A stretch of DNA of 64,000 nucleotides from Octopus bimaculoides (Eukaryota). The DNA lies in assembly GCF_001194135.2 (NCBI RefSeq), contig NC_068983.1, positions 167,110,678 to 167,174,677 of the forward strand, written 5' to 3'. Shown piece by piece: positions 63,771 through 64,000 of the stretch. The position numbers and the translations under genes were made by a program. The notes below the pieces were generated by a model. The model did not search any database and was not told where the DNA came from. It worked only from the letters and a program-made list of their open reading frames with translations. Numbering within the stretch: position 1 is the stretch's first letter; every line of letters begins with the position of its first letter.

Positions 63771-64000
63771 AAGAAGGTTTGAAAATGCACTTATTTTAAA
63801 AATATTTATTTACTTAACCGGTTTCACTTTTTTAGAAAAAGATTATCAAAAGTCTTTGAGAATAATAAAAAATGTTAAAAAACAAATGTTAAAAAACATT
63901 TTTTATTATTCTCAAAGACTTTTGATAATCTTTTTCTAAAAAAGTGAAACCGGTTAAGTAAATAAATATTTTAAAAATAAGTGCATTTTCAAACCTTCTT
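63771..64000. repeat. Near-perfect palindrome: 106-bp arms (63771-63876 and 63895-64000), 18-bp loop; may extend beyond the window
   Basis: One mismatch in 106 bp by manual comparison. Confidence 0.93.

Overview
AT-rich, repeat-saturated eukaryotic nuclear DNA from a gapped short-read scaffold. The repeat families look like those of a cephalopod (Octopus); that assignment rests on pattern recognition, not a database search. I found no intact protein-coding gene. Most ORF-track entries are microsatellite or N-gap artefacts, and the informative ones are decayed transposon fragments. These include R4/Dong-type restriction-like-endonuclease LINE ends, several sitting in (TAA)n tracts; two RTE-clade lineages; two mariner remnants; Helitron-type ends; a solo LTR; foldback MITEs; and many tRNA-derived SINEs. 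The most interesting structures are: (1) a ~210-bp palindrome at 31.3-31.5 kb whose arms each carry a minimal type I hammerhead ribozyme core; (2) a near-perfect 106-bp-arm palindrome at the window end with a decayed version of the same layout; (3) an inverted pair of tRNA-like sequences in a ~260-bp unit at 56.5-57.1 kb; (4) tail-to-tail Helitron 3' ends at 51.6-51.9 kb; (5) a candidate promoter and first coding exon at 32.4-32.5 kb. I do not see a clearly novel multi-gene system. All coordinates and alignments were read by eye, and repeat boundaries are approximate unless exact termini are quoted.
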